From IMG/VR virus record IMGVR_UViG_3300006000_000001, positions 1 through 37,523 of that record: a stretch of DNA of 37,523 nt; one strand, given 5' to 3'. The notes under the pieces are model-generated. The model saw nothing but the letters and a program-made list of their open reading frames with translations. It was not told the origin of the DNA and searched no databases. This document shows, in pieces, positions 22,541 through 30,969 of the stretch. A program made the position numbers and the translations under genes. The DNA comes from a virus. Each line of letters starts with the position of its first letter. Within the stretch, counting starts at the first letter, position 1.

Positions 22541-23399
22541 AGTCTACCCTGTAATACCCATCTGCCCCAATGGACACTGCATCGGGAGCGACACCAAGCA
22601 ATTCCTGAGCGATAAACCCAATCCCAGGCTGACCACCGGCACCAAGGTTCAATGCCTCACGCTTCCATATCCAGGAATAGACCTGAACCAAGTGATCTCT
22701 CACCCTGACCTTCCAGAGCCGCATCAACCGGGATTTCAACCGGCGATCCGAAAATAGGGTTGCCCCAAAACCAAGTCCAGCCAACAAATCACTAGATCTG
22801 CTCCGCTTCTCTCTCTGCTCCGGCGGAACACCATGCAACAGTGACGTCAAAGCACCCATTCTGCGCTCCGGTGTCCCGGTGTACTCGCCAAATTGGCCCC
22901 TAGCCAAATCAAGCAATTTCTGGACCATCTGCTGCCGCTGCTGGCCCTGAGCCGCCAAATCCTGATTGATCTGACGACCCATCCCATATTCGGATCGTGC
23001 TAGAGCAGCTAGCTGATTCGCCGCACCAAGCGACCGGTCCATATCCTGGCCACGAAGCTGCGCGGCGGTATTCCAACCCTGGTGCCGCATCTTGCTGGTA
23101 GAGTCATTCAGCATCCGCGCATAATCCCGGTTGGCTAACGACTCAGCCACACCATGACGAGAACCACCGAAGGCACCCGCCGCTTGCGCCTGTGCCCCAA
23201 TCTGATTCAGTTGCATTTGCCGCTGACGCTCAATCTCCGCCTGCTGCTGCTGGATCACCTGATCCATGTACGGGTTCATGTACGGCTGCATACTACCCCC
23301 GAACTGTGCGGGGTTGAGCTGCGTCAACTGGCCGAGGATGTTCTGCCCGGAACTTTGCAGATTACTTGCGGATGACTCGAATGGGTTATACGGTTGCAT
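22518..23399 (-). CDS. Gln-rich coiled-coil virion protein with a C-terminal intramolecular-chaperone (Peptidase S74-like) domain
   Basis: The C-terminus LFSDRRLKSRL...GIGFIAQELLGVAPDAV...YYRVDY (22521..22751) matches the SDxRLK ... GFIAQE ... VDY signature of endosialidase and tail-fibre auto-cleaving chaperone domains. Confidence 0.65.
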   Translation of the reverse strand: MQPYNPFESSASNLQSSGQNILGQLTQLNPAQFGGSMQPYMNPYMDQVIQQQQAEIERQRQMQLNQIGAQAQAAGAFGGSRHGVAESLANRDYARMLNDSTSKMRHQGWNTAAQLRGQDMDRSLGAANQLAALARSEYGMGRQINQDLAAQGQQRQQMVQKLLDLARGQFGEYTGTPERRMGALTSLLHGVPPEQREKRSRSSDLLAGLGFGATLFSDRRLKSRLMRLWKVRVRDHLVQVYSWIWKREALNLGAGGQPGIGFIAQELLGVAPDAVSIGADGYYRVDYVRIIWT

Positions 23400-23405
23400 T
23401 ATGGA

Positions 23406-23795
23406 TCACCAATACCGAAACTCTTCATTGAGCGGGAACAGCGAAGGCGCTCGCGTGCCGGGATATAATTCCTGGAAGTGCCCCCAAGCACTCGGTTGTC
23501 GCTCGGCCAGTGAGGCTAAGGCATTTTCATAGAGTGGTGCCGAGGAATACCCCATGCCTCCCAATAAGTATTTCTCCGGGATTCCAGAGCCGAATAGGCT
23601 ATCCGCATTCTGCGGAGCCATGCCAAACGCCTGCGCCGCCCCAACCGTATTCCGCATGGCCTGATTCTGCATCGGGTTGAAGGCGGCCACTTCTGGCCCC
23701 TGATAGGGCATATACGGAGTACGAAATAAAGACTCCGCCCTTGGGATTAGCCTATCAAGCGAGCTAATAACAACATCAGGCAATACTGTTGCCAT
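23406..23795 (-). CDS. hypothetical virion-module protein (129 aa)
   Basis: It is tightly packed, and its start overlaps the upstream stop. No family recognised. Confidence 0.7.
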   Translation of the reverse strand: MATVLPDVVISSLDRLIPRAESLFRTPYMPYQGPEVAAFNPMQNQAMRNTVGAAQAFGMAPQNADSLFGSGIPEKYLLGGMGYSSAPLYENALASLAERQPSAWGHFQELYPGTRAPSLFPLNEEFRYW

Positions 23796-24190
23796 TAACT
23801 AAACCACCCGGCCACGTCTTCAGAATCTTCCGTTACATCTGACAGGCCAAACTTGAGGTTGAAGGTATCGATGTTCCCGTCCAATGTCGGGGCCGAAAAC
23901 CTCACGACCTTAACCGTACCATCGGTATCTGTAATCTTCATCACCCCATTGTGGAGATACACAGGCAGAAATCCCTCCGGCGACCCACTCATGGACGTGT
24001 CAACATCAGGCCGACCAGCCTTGCTGGCCTCCCAGGCAATGGCCCGCCAGGATGTGCCATCTGCTACAACCACTTCACCCTTAGCCGCATCCCATCGGAT
24101 TTCACCGGTACTCTCAGGGCTATCCGTACCAGGATTCAGCGGGACCAGCTTACCTACAAGCTCTTCCAAAGTAGATTTCAGATCATTCAT
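23795..24190 (-). CDS. hypothetical virion-module protein (131 aa), shares a motif with the 24187..24417 product
   Basis: GEIRWDAAKGEVVVADGTSWRAIA parallels GMLRWDAENKNVVVSKGGKFVALK, a motif common in phage fibre N-termini as I recall. Confidence 0.7.
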   Translation of the reverse strand: MNDLKSTLEELVGKLVPLNPGTDSPESTGEIRWDAAKGEVVVADGTSWRAIAWEASKAGRPDVDTSMSGSPEGFLPVYLHNGVMKITDTDGTVKVVRFSAPTLDGNIDTFNLKFGLSDVTEDSEDVAGWFS

Positions 24191-24417
24191 TCTTCAGGCT
24201 CCGTCGATTCAGTTTTAAGGGCAACGAATTTACCGCCTTTTGATACGACAACATTTTTATTCTCAGCATCCCATCGCAACATCCCATCAATGCGGCTCTT
24301 TTCATCGGACTTCAGATATTGTAAGATACTTACCTCGGTCCGAATATGGTCTAGCAACACCTGCATTTCAGGGGCACTCAGGATGTGCAATAAAGGACCG
24401 GCTTTCCCCTGGCTCAT
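24187..24417 (-). CDS. hypothetical virion-module protein (76 aa)
   Basis: There are ATGA overlaps on both sides. The motif is the one noted for 23795..24190. Confidence 0.65.
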   Translation of the reverse strand: MSQGKAGPLLHILSAPEMQVLLDHIRTEVSILQYLKSDEKSRIDGMLRWDAENKNVVVSKGGKFVALKTESTEPEE

Positions 24418-25835
24418 TTATTGCCCCTCAATCCGTAATATGTCTCTATGTTTCCCAAGCTCCAATCCTTGCCATCCTTGCCGTCCACCCGAAACCGGAT
24501 ATACTTTCCGGTATTCCGAAGGTCGATAAAGCCTGAGACTGGATTGACCATCTTCCCATCATCGTCCTTGCCTGGCACGAAATATTCTTCCCCTTGAGGT
24601 GTATTCCCAGCTATTAACCGGAAGGTTAAGCCATCCTGATCTTTCTGCAAGTCTGGAATCAGCCTTAAAACCTCAACTGATCGACCATCATTTCCATTCA
24701 GATAAATAGGCCCGGTCTCAGCAAACGGAAGATTATTCTCATCGTAGGAATTAAGTTTCTCGTGCCAGTAGAGATCGCCATTCTTGGCTATTCCAATCGG
24801 ATTGGCGAATATCCCGCTCTCAAGATAGGCCGTTCGATCCGACTCACCCAGGCACCATGCCTGGGTCTCATAATTATATGAAATATAGCGATCGATCTCC
24901 GTAGACCCACTTGATGGGTAGAACCATACCGCCTCGCTCTTGCTATCTACATGGGCGGAATGTATTTTGCTGGCAAAATCAAAATTAATGTTATTTTCCA
25001 GCTCGTACTTGAGATCGCAATTCAATTCCCGGACATATACTCCATCGAACCAATGTATCTTCTCCCTCCCCATCCACATAGGTCCGATCGGAGTCTTCAC
25101 CGCCGATTGACCGGATACGACGCCGCAATTATTATTAACAGTTTTGAATCCAAAGACGAACGGGGCAGCCTGATATTTGCAAACAACAGCCTCTTTCGAT
25201 GAAAGCAATAGCAAAACGGACTGGAAGGTGACGCCCTGGATCAAATCCCCACTGATACCGAGATCGAAATCACCGGCTTCATTTTCCGGTAAGGAGTCCC
25301 ATACAGTTAGATTCTCCCGATCGCACCAGGAAACAACTTTGGCATCAGCATTCTTCCCAAGCGCGAAGATGAACCTTTCGAGCATGGACAAGATGCCAAT
25401 ACATCCGGTTGGGGCATTTTCAACAATGGTTGCCTTGGCGCTCGACTCACTTCCTGGGTCCCACTGATAAATAGCTCCGTAGACATCACCCGCCCTCGTC
25501 GAAGGGCAAGCAATCAAGTGGCTACCCCACAAGTCGAATGACCATGTGGTGATCGGTTGCATATCCGATGACCGTTCGGATGACTCACGGCCAAACAATC
25601 CGCTGCCGAAAGTCCCCCTTCCAAAACCGACTCTTGGTGTCGGATCGTCAAGGGCCGTGCCGATCCCCTGACCCGCCGGGGTAATATCCCGAAACGTATA
25701 GCTCTTCAGGTCCGATCGGTCATTGCCGCTAATCGCCACAAGGAGCTTGGAGCAAGCACCGAAGGCAATATAGGTGGTTGCTCCATGAGTCCATACCAAC
25801 CCTGACCTGATGGTGGTCGGCTGGCTATCAGCCAT
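24414..25835 (-). CDS. 473-aa virion structural protein (possibly tail tube/nozzle, unassigned)
   Basis: This is a large beta-rich-looking protein in the tail part of the late operon. Its start overlaps the upstream stop (TGATG). No family recognised. Confidence 0.7.
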   Translation of the reverse strand: MADSQPTTIRSGLVWTHGATTYIAFGACSKLLVAISGNDRSDLKSYTFRDITPAGQGIGTALDDPTPRVGFGRGTFGSGLFGRESSERSSDMQPITTWSFDLWGSHLIACPSTRAGDVYGAIYQWDPGSESSAKATIVENAPTGCIGILSMLERFIFALGKNADAKVVSWCDRENLTVWDSLPENEAGDFDLGISGDLIQGVTFQSVLLLLSSKEAVVCKYQAAPFVFGFKTVNNNCGVVSGQSAVKTPIGPMWMGREKIHWFDGVYVRELNCDLKYELENNINFDFASKIHSAHVDSKSEAVWFYPSSGSTEIDRYISYNYETQAWCLGESDRTAYLESGIFANPIGIAKNGDLYWHEKLNSYDENNLPFAETGPIYLNGNDGRSVEVLRLIPDLQKDQDGLTFRLIAGNTPQGEEYFVPGKDDDGKMVNPVSGFIDLRNTGKYIRFRVDGKDGKDWSLGNIETYYGLRGNK

Positions 25836-26281
25836 CAGAAACTATGGGTGGTCGATAGGTAATCCACATATACCTTAAGCCGCCTGTTAAGGGCATATGC
25901 TTGCCCCGCCATGTTGCTTATCTCCTGATAAATCTGATAGGAATCAAGCTGATCCAACGGTGTACCATCAAGCGGCCCCCGTTCCGGCGGATTGTCCGGT
26001 CGGACAGGTTGCGGGATGGCGGGGGTAACCGTAACGGTCTGTGGCACAAATGTCGCCGCCGGGTTGGCGGCAAGCACCGGCTGAGGCACCGGCTGAGGCA
26101 CCGGCTGAGGCACCGGCTGAGGCACCGGCTGAGGCACCGGCTGAGGCACCGGCTGAGGCACCGGCTGAGGCACCGGCTGAGGCACCGGCTTTTGCACTGC
26201 GGTTACATCCTCAAGCAGAGTAGCCAGGGATTCAACGATCTCTTTCTTGGTTTTTGCCGTCATAGTCATCTCCGGTTTCAT
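25835..26281 (-). CDS. 148-aa protein with a (PQPV)9 repeat
   Basis: AGGAGA lies upstream, and the start overlaps the upstream stop as ATGA. The central KPV(PQPV)9 is encoded by perfect 12-bp repeats. Confidence 0.7.
   Translation of the reverse strand: MKPEMTMTAKTKKEIVESLATLLEDVTAVQKPVPQPVPQPVPQPVPQPVPQPVPQPVPQPVPQPVPQPVLAANPAATFVPQTVTVTPAIPQPVRPDNPPERGPLDGTPLDQLDSYQIYQEISNMAGQAYALNRRLKVYVDYLSTTHSF
26075..26190. repeat. perfect 12-bp tandem repeat, 9 full copies plus a partial tenth (caccggctgagg)
   Basis: I counted 9 identical units from 26075 to 26182 directly in the sequence, then caccggct. The unit is 4 codons, so the repeat stays in frame. Confidence 0.95.
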
Positions 26282-26523
26282 TCTCCTGTACTGCCTGACG
26301 ATTCTTGGGTATTATCAGTAGTCGATTCATCAGACCCTTCATTCGTTGCTGCTGGTATCCTGGATAGCACATTGAGCACCATCTGCCACCCACCCACCGG
26401 AACTAGTGAACCACCGTCCCACCGCACTAGATTGCAATCGATCCATCGGCCTGGGTTCAAGTGAGGATTCCCACTCTTCACACAAGATGGAGGAATGGCT
26501 ATAGGCTTAGGGATGGAACTCAT
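26278..26523 (-). CDS. hypothetical virion-module protein (81 aa)
   Basis: The ORF starts 2 nt after the fibre gene stop. The C-terminus is acidic and Ser/Thr-rich. Confidence 0.6.
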   Translation of the reverse strand: MSSIPKPIAIPPSCVKSGNPHLNPGRWIDCNLVRWDGGSLVPVGGWQMVLNVLSRIPAATNEGSDESTTDNTQESSGSTGE

Positions 26524-26525
26524 TA

Positions 26526-27533
26526 TTATAGTTTATAAAGAGTGATCGAAGAATATATCTCCTTGTCATCGGAGCCAGCTTTGCCACTTATGCCAGACGC
26601 CTTACCCCACCGGACGTTCAACAAGTCTCCGGCTGTTGCGCCAGAAACCGAAGCTACGGACTCCAGCATCAACTTGGCCGTCCCACCAGTGGGAACTACC
26701 ATGATTCCTGTCAGCGGTAATAGGTACGACCTATCCACATCACGCCCGCCTTCAGCCAGCATGGATATGCCCATTAAATCCGTAGTGCTCCCAGATGTTT
26801 TATCCAGCAATCTACACCGCACCTTAAAAGCGTGATTGTCCGGGCAAAAAGTAGAATGTCCAGTGAGTAAATAAGTCCCTGGCTGCGAGATGCTAATAGC
26901 ACCATCCACGATCTTGACCGGAGACGAATCAGTTGTAGCAGGCGTAACCAAATTCATATCCCGTTCGATCCATTCATCGACCTTAAACCCGGTAACTCTC
27001 GTCTCGTCTTCAGTTTTGTTCAAACCAATATCTAAGCTGGTTCCCTTGTCCCTCGTTTCTTTAAAGACGAAAACCTCAAGCGGTTGTATTTGGGCCGCGA
27101 CAGCATCCTTAATCAACGACGGAGACAGACTACGCACCTCAGTTTCAGTGCCTGCCTTGACCTCAGCCGACGTGGCCTTCGGGCTGCGTTGCCAGCCACT
27201 CGACCCGCGCGAGAGGATATCTCCTTCGGTAAGCCCCGTAACCCCGGAACCGGATGCCGCAGAATCAAGATCGAAACTTAGATTATCGATCTGGCCCTGA
27301 ATCCCACTGGTTACCCCATCCAGGTAATTGATTTCTGCTCCGCTTGCAGTAATTGCCGTATCACCTACCTTCCATTCACCTTCTCCCAGTTTCAACTTGA
27401 GATTAAAGTTAGCCGTGCCCTTGAACGCACCAATGACAATATTCCAGTTGTCAATAAGCGGTCTGGCCCAGACATCCTTGTCGGCACCATCAGCAGGTTT
27501 CACAATCCCGGTATAGCTATCAGTAGTCGCCAT
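26526..27533 (-). CDS. tail fibre protein 1 (335 aa)
   Basis: ITASGAEINYLDGVTSGIQGQIDNL is a common phage tail-fibre motif. The C-terminal ~180 aa are paralogous to the 18297..19010 product. Confidence 0.65.
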   Translation of the reverse strand: MATTDSYTGIVKPADGADKDVWARPLIDNWNIVIGAFKGTANFNLKLKLGEGEWKVGDTAITASGAEINYLDGVTSGIQGQIDNLSFDLDSAASGSGVTGLTEGDILSRGSSGWQRSPKATSAEVKAGTETEVRSLSPSLIKDAVAAQIQPLEVFVFKETRDKGTSLDIGLNKTEDETRVTGFKVDEWIERDMNLVTPATTDSSPVKIVDGAISISQPGTYLLTGHSTFCPDNHAFKVRCRLLDKTSGSTTDLMGISMLAEGGRDVDRSYLLPLTGIMVVPTGGTAKLMLESVASVSGATAGDLLNVRWGKASGISGKAGSDDKEIYSSITLYKL

Positions 27534-28130
27534 TTAGGAAGCCCCCATTATCCCGGAATCCGTGCTCAAAAATGGACTGACCGGATCATGTGATATATCC
27601 TTCCCATCGTCTTTGTTCAGATCAGCGATGATTCGGTCACTTAGTGCTTTATGGATGGCCGCCGCCTCGTCATCCCGGAAATGAATGGCCGCCGCCTCCA
27701 TAGCAGAATACAACACAAGATCAGGGTTCTTCCTCAACATCCAATGGGTCTGATTATCAATCAGAGCAGGGATTTCAGCGCAATACAAAAGGTTTACATC
27801 CCCGTCGGGATAAGCTAGAATCTTTCCAGAACGTACACAATAAACCCCCTCATCATTCCATGAATCCTTGTGTTCGATATAGCTGGAATGGTTTACTTGT
27901 GTGTAATCGTCTCCACCGACAGAAACTTCACGAGGTGCCAGATAGTCCTCCGGTAAGGTATGTCCACCATCAGCATCCGCCTTCAAGATGGTATCCTTAT
28001 CCATTCGTTCAATGCGCAGATATCGACCAATCTTAGCCTCTGCCAACCGGATAAAATCATCAAGCAGGTCATCCGCATCCTGTCGCGACAGTTGACGCTC
28101 AAATAATATTCTGACGGACTGATAATCCAT
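27534..28130 (-). CDS. putative head-tail adaptor / head completion protein (198 aa)
   Basis: GAGGAA lies upstream. The N-terminal pattern (SRQDADDLLDDFIRLAEAKIGRYL) is reminiscent of gp6-like connector proteins. The assignment is tentative. Confidence 0.4.
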   Translation of the reverse strand: MDYQSVRILFERQLSRQDADDLLDDFIRLAEAKIGRYLRIERMDKDTILKADADGGHTLPEDYLAPREVSVGGDDYTQVNHSSYIEHKDSWNDEGVYCVRSGKILAYPDGDVNLLYCAEIPALIDNQTHWMLRKNPDLVLYSAMEAAAIHFRDDEAAAIHKALSDRIIADLNKDDGKDISHDPVSPFLSTDSGIMGAS

Positions 28131-28139
28131 AATTGTTCC

Positions 28140-28754
28140 TCAATCCGTACCGGACATAATCTTGGCCTTGGCCTTCGTTCTCCAAGCCAGAGGCGGGTCC
28201 TTATACTTAAAGGCAGGCTCGAATTGCTGGCGCCATTGCACAAATTCAGCTAGTTTATTGGCCGACTCACGGCTACCCTTGAACTTAGGATCATTCTGGG
28301 CGATCCACAATAACTTGCTCAGGTCTCCATCAAACAGCTTGATTTCCCTGTCGCTGATCTCGGGTTGTTCAGAATCCGATAGACCGCGATCAATCAACTC
28401 CATTTCATCATCACTTACGGATTCACCCTTGGGATCTGTGAGCTTAAATTCTTCTACGTCCATGCCCTCAAGCACATCAGGGGCGACCACGTTGCGGCGA
28501 GCAACGGAGGATTCGATGCCTGACAGCCGGGTCAAGTAAGACCCAATATCCGTTGGCGAAACGGAAGATAAATAACTATACCCTCCAACACCGATACCCA
28601 AGGCACCGAGAGCGGCCATGAACAAATACCTGGATTTGTACATCTGGCTATAGGCGTTCGGATACCTGGTACTAAACCGGATCAATATATTTTTCAGCAT
28701 ATTAACCGCCAGTGCCTCGGCTATTTCCCATAATATGAAAGACAATAACCGCAT
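28140..28754 (-). CDS. hypothetical protein with one predicted transmembrane helix (204 aa)
   Basis: It has the hydrophobic segment YLFMAALGALGIGVGGYSYL followed by an acidic region. There is no clear SD, so the start is uncertain. Confidence 0.55.
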   Translation of the reverse strand: MRLLSFILWEIAEALAVNMLKNILIRFSTRYPNAYSQMYKSRYLFMAALGALGIGVGGYSYLSSVSPTDIGSYLTRLSGIESSVARRNVVAPDVLEGMDVEEFKLTDPKGESVSDDEMELIDRGLSDSEQPEISDREIKLFDGDLSKLLWIAQNDPKFKGSRESANKLAEFVQWRQQFEPAFKYKDPPLAWRTKAKAKIMSGTD

Positions 28755-28788
28755 AGCGGGCTACTTGCCCACCATGCGGACGTTACGA

Positions 28789-29082
28789 TTAACCCTTGTC
28801 GGGCTTGCCGGTACGGAATAGACACTCTGTAAGCTGCTTGCCAGCATCCAGTAGAATGTCGATCACGCATTCCAGCTTATCCGGGGCCAGGCCCAACGGC
28901 GGACCATTAGTAGGGACACGACCCACGCTCTGGAATAGACCACCGACGAAATGGCCCAGCACCCTAGCCGGATGGTCAGAATAATCATGAGGCTTCGGGT
29001 TCGGCGTGCCACCAGCATAAGTGGCACCGGAATCGTGGCTCGGAGGGGCAGCATCAGCTCGCGAAGAGGTGCAGTCAGTCAT
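28789..29082 (-). CDS. hypothetical protein (97 aa)
   Basis: I trimmed the track start (29157) to ATG 29082, which is preceded by GAAGGA. Confidence 0.5.
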   Translation of the reverse strand: MTDCTSSRADAAPPSHDSGATYAGGTPNPKPHDYSDHPARVLGHFVGGLFQSVGRVPTNGPPLGLAPDKLECVIDILLDAGKQLTECLFRTGKPDKG

Positions 29083-29184
29083 GATATATTTTCCTTCTCT
29101 TGTTAAATTGGAGCCGGGCCTGGATGGCATCGTTAAGACGAGGAAACGATATCGCATTGCCTAAAATTCCAGGCCCAGCATAAA

Positions 29185-30474
29185 TCATGGAATGCTATCA
29201 ACAAGATAGCTATTGATATCCATGTCCTCGTCCCATCGGCTCGAGGCGGCACCACCCAAGGCCAGATACCGAAAAGCGTCGGCTCCGTGGCTCGCCCAAT
29301 CGTGGACCTCTTTCCCCCAATATTGGGTTGACTCGTTATACCGGCGTTGATAGCTCTTAAGAGCCCTCAAACCGTGCTTACAACGCGCCGCATCGAACCA
29401 GCAATGGGGCAACATCCGCCTTACGGCGTCCCGCCCCTCGGCCTTTGTGAGCCCACCTGGGGCCTGCTCAACAGATTTCAAACCAAGGTTGTGCAAGGCA
29501 TCGATCATGTTATCGCCGGTATTTATTTGTGGCCGCTTAGCATCCGACGGCAGTATATGCTTACCGTAAACGTAATCTCGCTTTTGTAGCTCAGAAACGT
29601 AATGGGCGGTGGTCTTCATGGAGTTTTCGTAGTAATCTATTATGCGTATTTCCTGCCCAACCTTTTGCGCAAACCAGATCGCCGTCTCGTCCTTGAATCC
29701 TATGTCCCAAGCAGTTGTAACCGGCGTATTCTGATCGTAGTCAACCTGTGATATTCGTCCCTTATCCTGCAACTTTTTGATGTCGCCAGCATAGTACGCT
29801 CCATCAGTATATTCTAGGTACGCGCCTTCCCAGATGTGGTTGTACATCTCCGGGTAGTTCTTTAGGTCATTCTGACGCTCCGCCTCCAATACTTCTGGAA
29901 ACCAAGGGTTATCCCTCCAATTCACCTCTACGATCTTGCACCCCTTCGGTGGGTTTTTCCTAAACCGATTATCCACCGGAGAGTCGGGGCTCTCCGGGTT
30001 CCAGGTCACCCACAGCTCAGACCCGGCCTCGCGGACGGACGGGAGCAGTATTCGCCACCCCCTCTCCCTGACAGGCTCCGCCTCGTCAACCCACGCCAGT
30101 ATAACGCGCGCTCTTGACTTGACCGCATTTAGAGACCGGCTCAGACCAAGGATTTCAAACTCGATCCTCCCATCCTTGGAATGCACGTACTTCCGACCTA
30201 GAGAATAGTACTCTTCGAGGAAATCAACCCCTCGAATGGCCGTCCGTATTTCCTCGAAAGAGGACGCATCGATCGAATTATGGTACTCGCGCAGTAAGAG
30301 TATCTTACCACCCTCGCCGCGCATCCCGGCACGGTAACCCCAAAGGGCCGCCATTTGCGCATATGTTCTAGTCTTCCCAGAGCCACGACCGCCGTGGGCA
30401 CATCTGTATCTGGCCGGGCCATCAAATACCTCGGCCATCTTCCTAGAGATTTTGATTTCGCCCGTGCGCTGCAT
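29185..30474 (-). CDS. terL: terminase large subunit (PBSX/Terminase_6-like)
   Basis: It has the Walker A motif AHGGRGSGKTRT, Walker B-like ILAWVDEAE, and nuclease-domain D residues in TAWDIGFKDETAIWF. At 429 aa it lies downstream of terS. Confidence 0.85.
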   Translation of the reverse strand: MQRTGEIKISRKMAEVFDGPARYRCAHGGRGSGKTRTYAQMAALWGYRAGMRGEGGKILLLREYHNSIDASSFEEIRTAIRGVDFLEEYYSLGRKYVHSKDGRIEFEILGLSRSLNAVKSRARVILAWVDEAEPVRERGWRILLPSVREAGSELWVTWNPESPDSPVDNRFRKNPPKGCKIVEVNWRDNPWFPEVLEAERQNDLKNYPEMYNHIWEGAYLEYTDGAYYAGDIKKLQDKGRISQVDYDQNTPVTTAWDIGFKDETAIWFAQKVGQEIRIIDYYENSMKTTAHYVSELQKRDYVYGKHILPSDAKRPQINTGDNMIDALHNLGLKSVEQAPGGLTKAEGRDAVRRMLPHCWFDAARCKHGLRALKSYQRRYNESTQYWGKEVHDWASHGADAFRYLALGGAASSRWDEDMDINSYLVDSIP

Positions 30475-30489
30475 CTCGGCATATAGAGA

Positions 30490-30521
30490 GGGCCGGGGAA
30501 ACCCGTGAAAACCCCGGACCC
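30490..30521 (-). promoter_or_regulatory. GC-rich stem-loop immediately upstream of terL
   Basis: gggccgggg (30490..30498) pairs with ccccggaccc (30512..30521) with one bulge. The hairpin ends about 16 nt before ATG 30474, and there is no clear SD in between. Confidence 0.45.
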
Positions 30522-30560
30522 TCGTAAAGTAGCTACTTCCTTATCCTCTTGCAATGTACA

Positions 30561-30743
30561 TCACCGCGAGATTTCCGAGGGAAAACCCTCGTAGTAATCA
30601 CTATCCCAATATGTCAGGCGGCCACCGCCCCCGCCCGGCACACAGTCCATAGTTCCCTCCAGCTCGTGGTCGGAAACCCAAAATTGCCGCAGGTTCGATC
30701 CATCCCATGCGCAGTGCCAAAAACCGGACTCGGACTTACGCAT
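30561..30743 (-). CDS. small Trp-rich protein (60 aa), paralogue of the 30775..30969 product
   Basis: GFWHCAWDGSNLRQFWV...LTYWDSDYYEG parallels GYWLYGQCQENVRMFWI...FMAYWEDGCG. GGGGAG lies upstream. Confidence 0.55.
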   Translation of the reverse strand: MRKSESGFWHCAWDGSNLRQFWVSDHELEGTMDCVPGGGGGRLTYWDSDYYEGFPSEISR

Positions 30744-30774
30744 AATCGATTCTCCCCAAAGCTAAGTGAGACCT

Positions 30775-30969
30775 TCACGTAGTAGACCCAATTCCCATCG
30801 GTCCGCAGCCATCTTCCCAGTAAGCCATGAAGTCCCCGTCATGGCCACACCGGGATTTCCACTTCGGGCCATCATTCTTATGGCATATCCAAAACATTCG
30901 CACGTTCTCTTGGCACTGGCCGTAAAGCCAATACCCATCATCCCTCAACTCCTTGGATATTGATGTCAT
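30775..30969 (-). CDS. small Trp/Cys-rich protein (64 aa)
   Basis: I trimmed the track start (31017) to ATG 30969, with GAGGA 7 nt upstream. The ORF overlaps the terS end by 32 nt. Confidence 0.5.
   Translation of the reverse strand: MTSISKELRDDGYWLYGQCQENVRMFWICHKNDGPKWKSRCGHDGDFMAYWEDGCGPMGIGSTT

Noticed and set aside
26075-26190. The regular 12-bp repeats as a possible CRISPR-like array
   Set aside because: The units are directly adjacent with no spacers and are far shorter than CRISPR repeats. They sit in frame inside a coding sequence, giving (PQPV)9.
24414-26523. The 81-aa ORF (26278..26523) and the 473-aa ORF (24414..25835) as two halves of one tail gene split by insertion of the PQPV-repeat gene
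   Set aside because: The idea rests only on a vague resemblance of the 81-aa N-terminus to the starts of some tail proteins. All three ORFs have their own coupled starts and stops, and I cannot verify homology without a search.
18297-27533. A diversity-generating retroelement acting on the two related fibre C-terminal domains
   Set aside because: There is no reverse transcriptase ORF and no template-repeat/variable-repeat pair with adenine-specific differences. The two domains are diverged paralogues at the protein level only.
29112-29170. Long-range inverted repeat gggcctgga ... tccaggccc between terL and the next gene
   Set aside because: It is a 9-bp stem with a loop of about 40 nt and no U-tract, and there is no second copy elsewhere. 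That is insufficient to call it a terminator or regulatory element.
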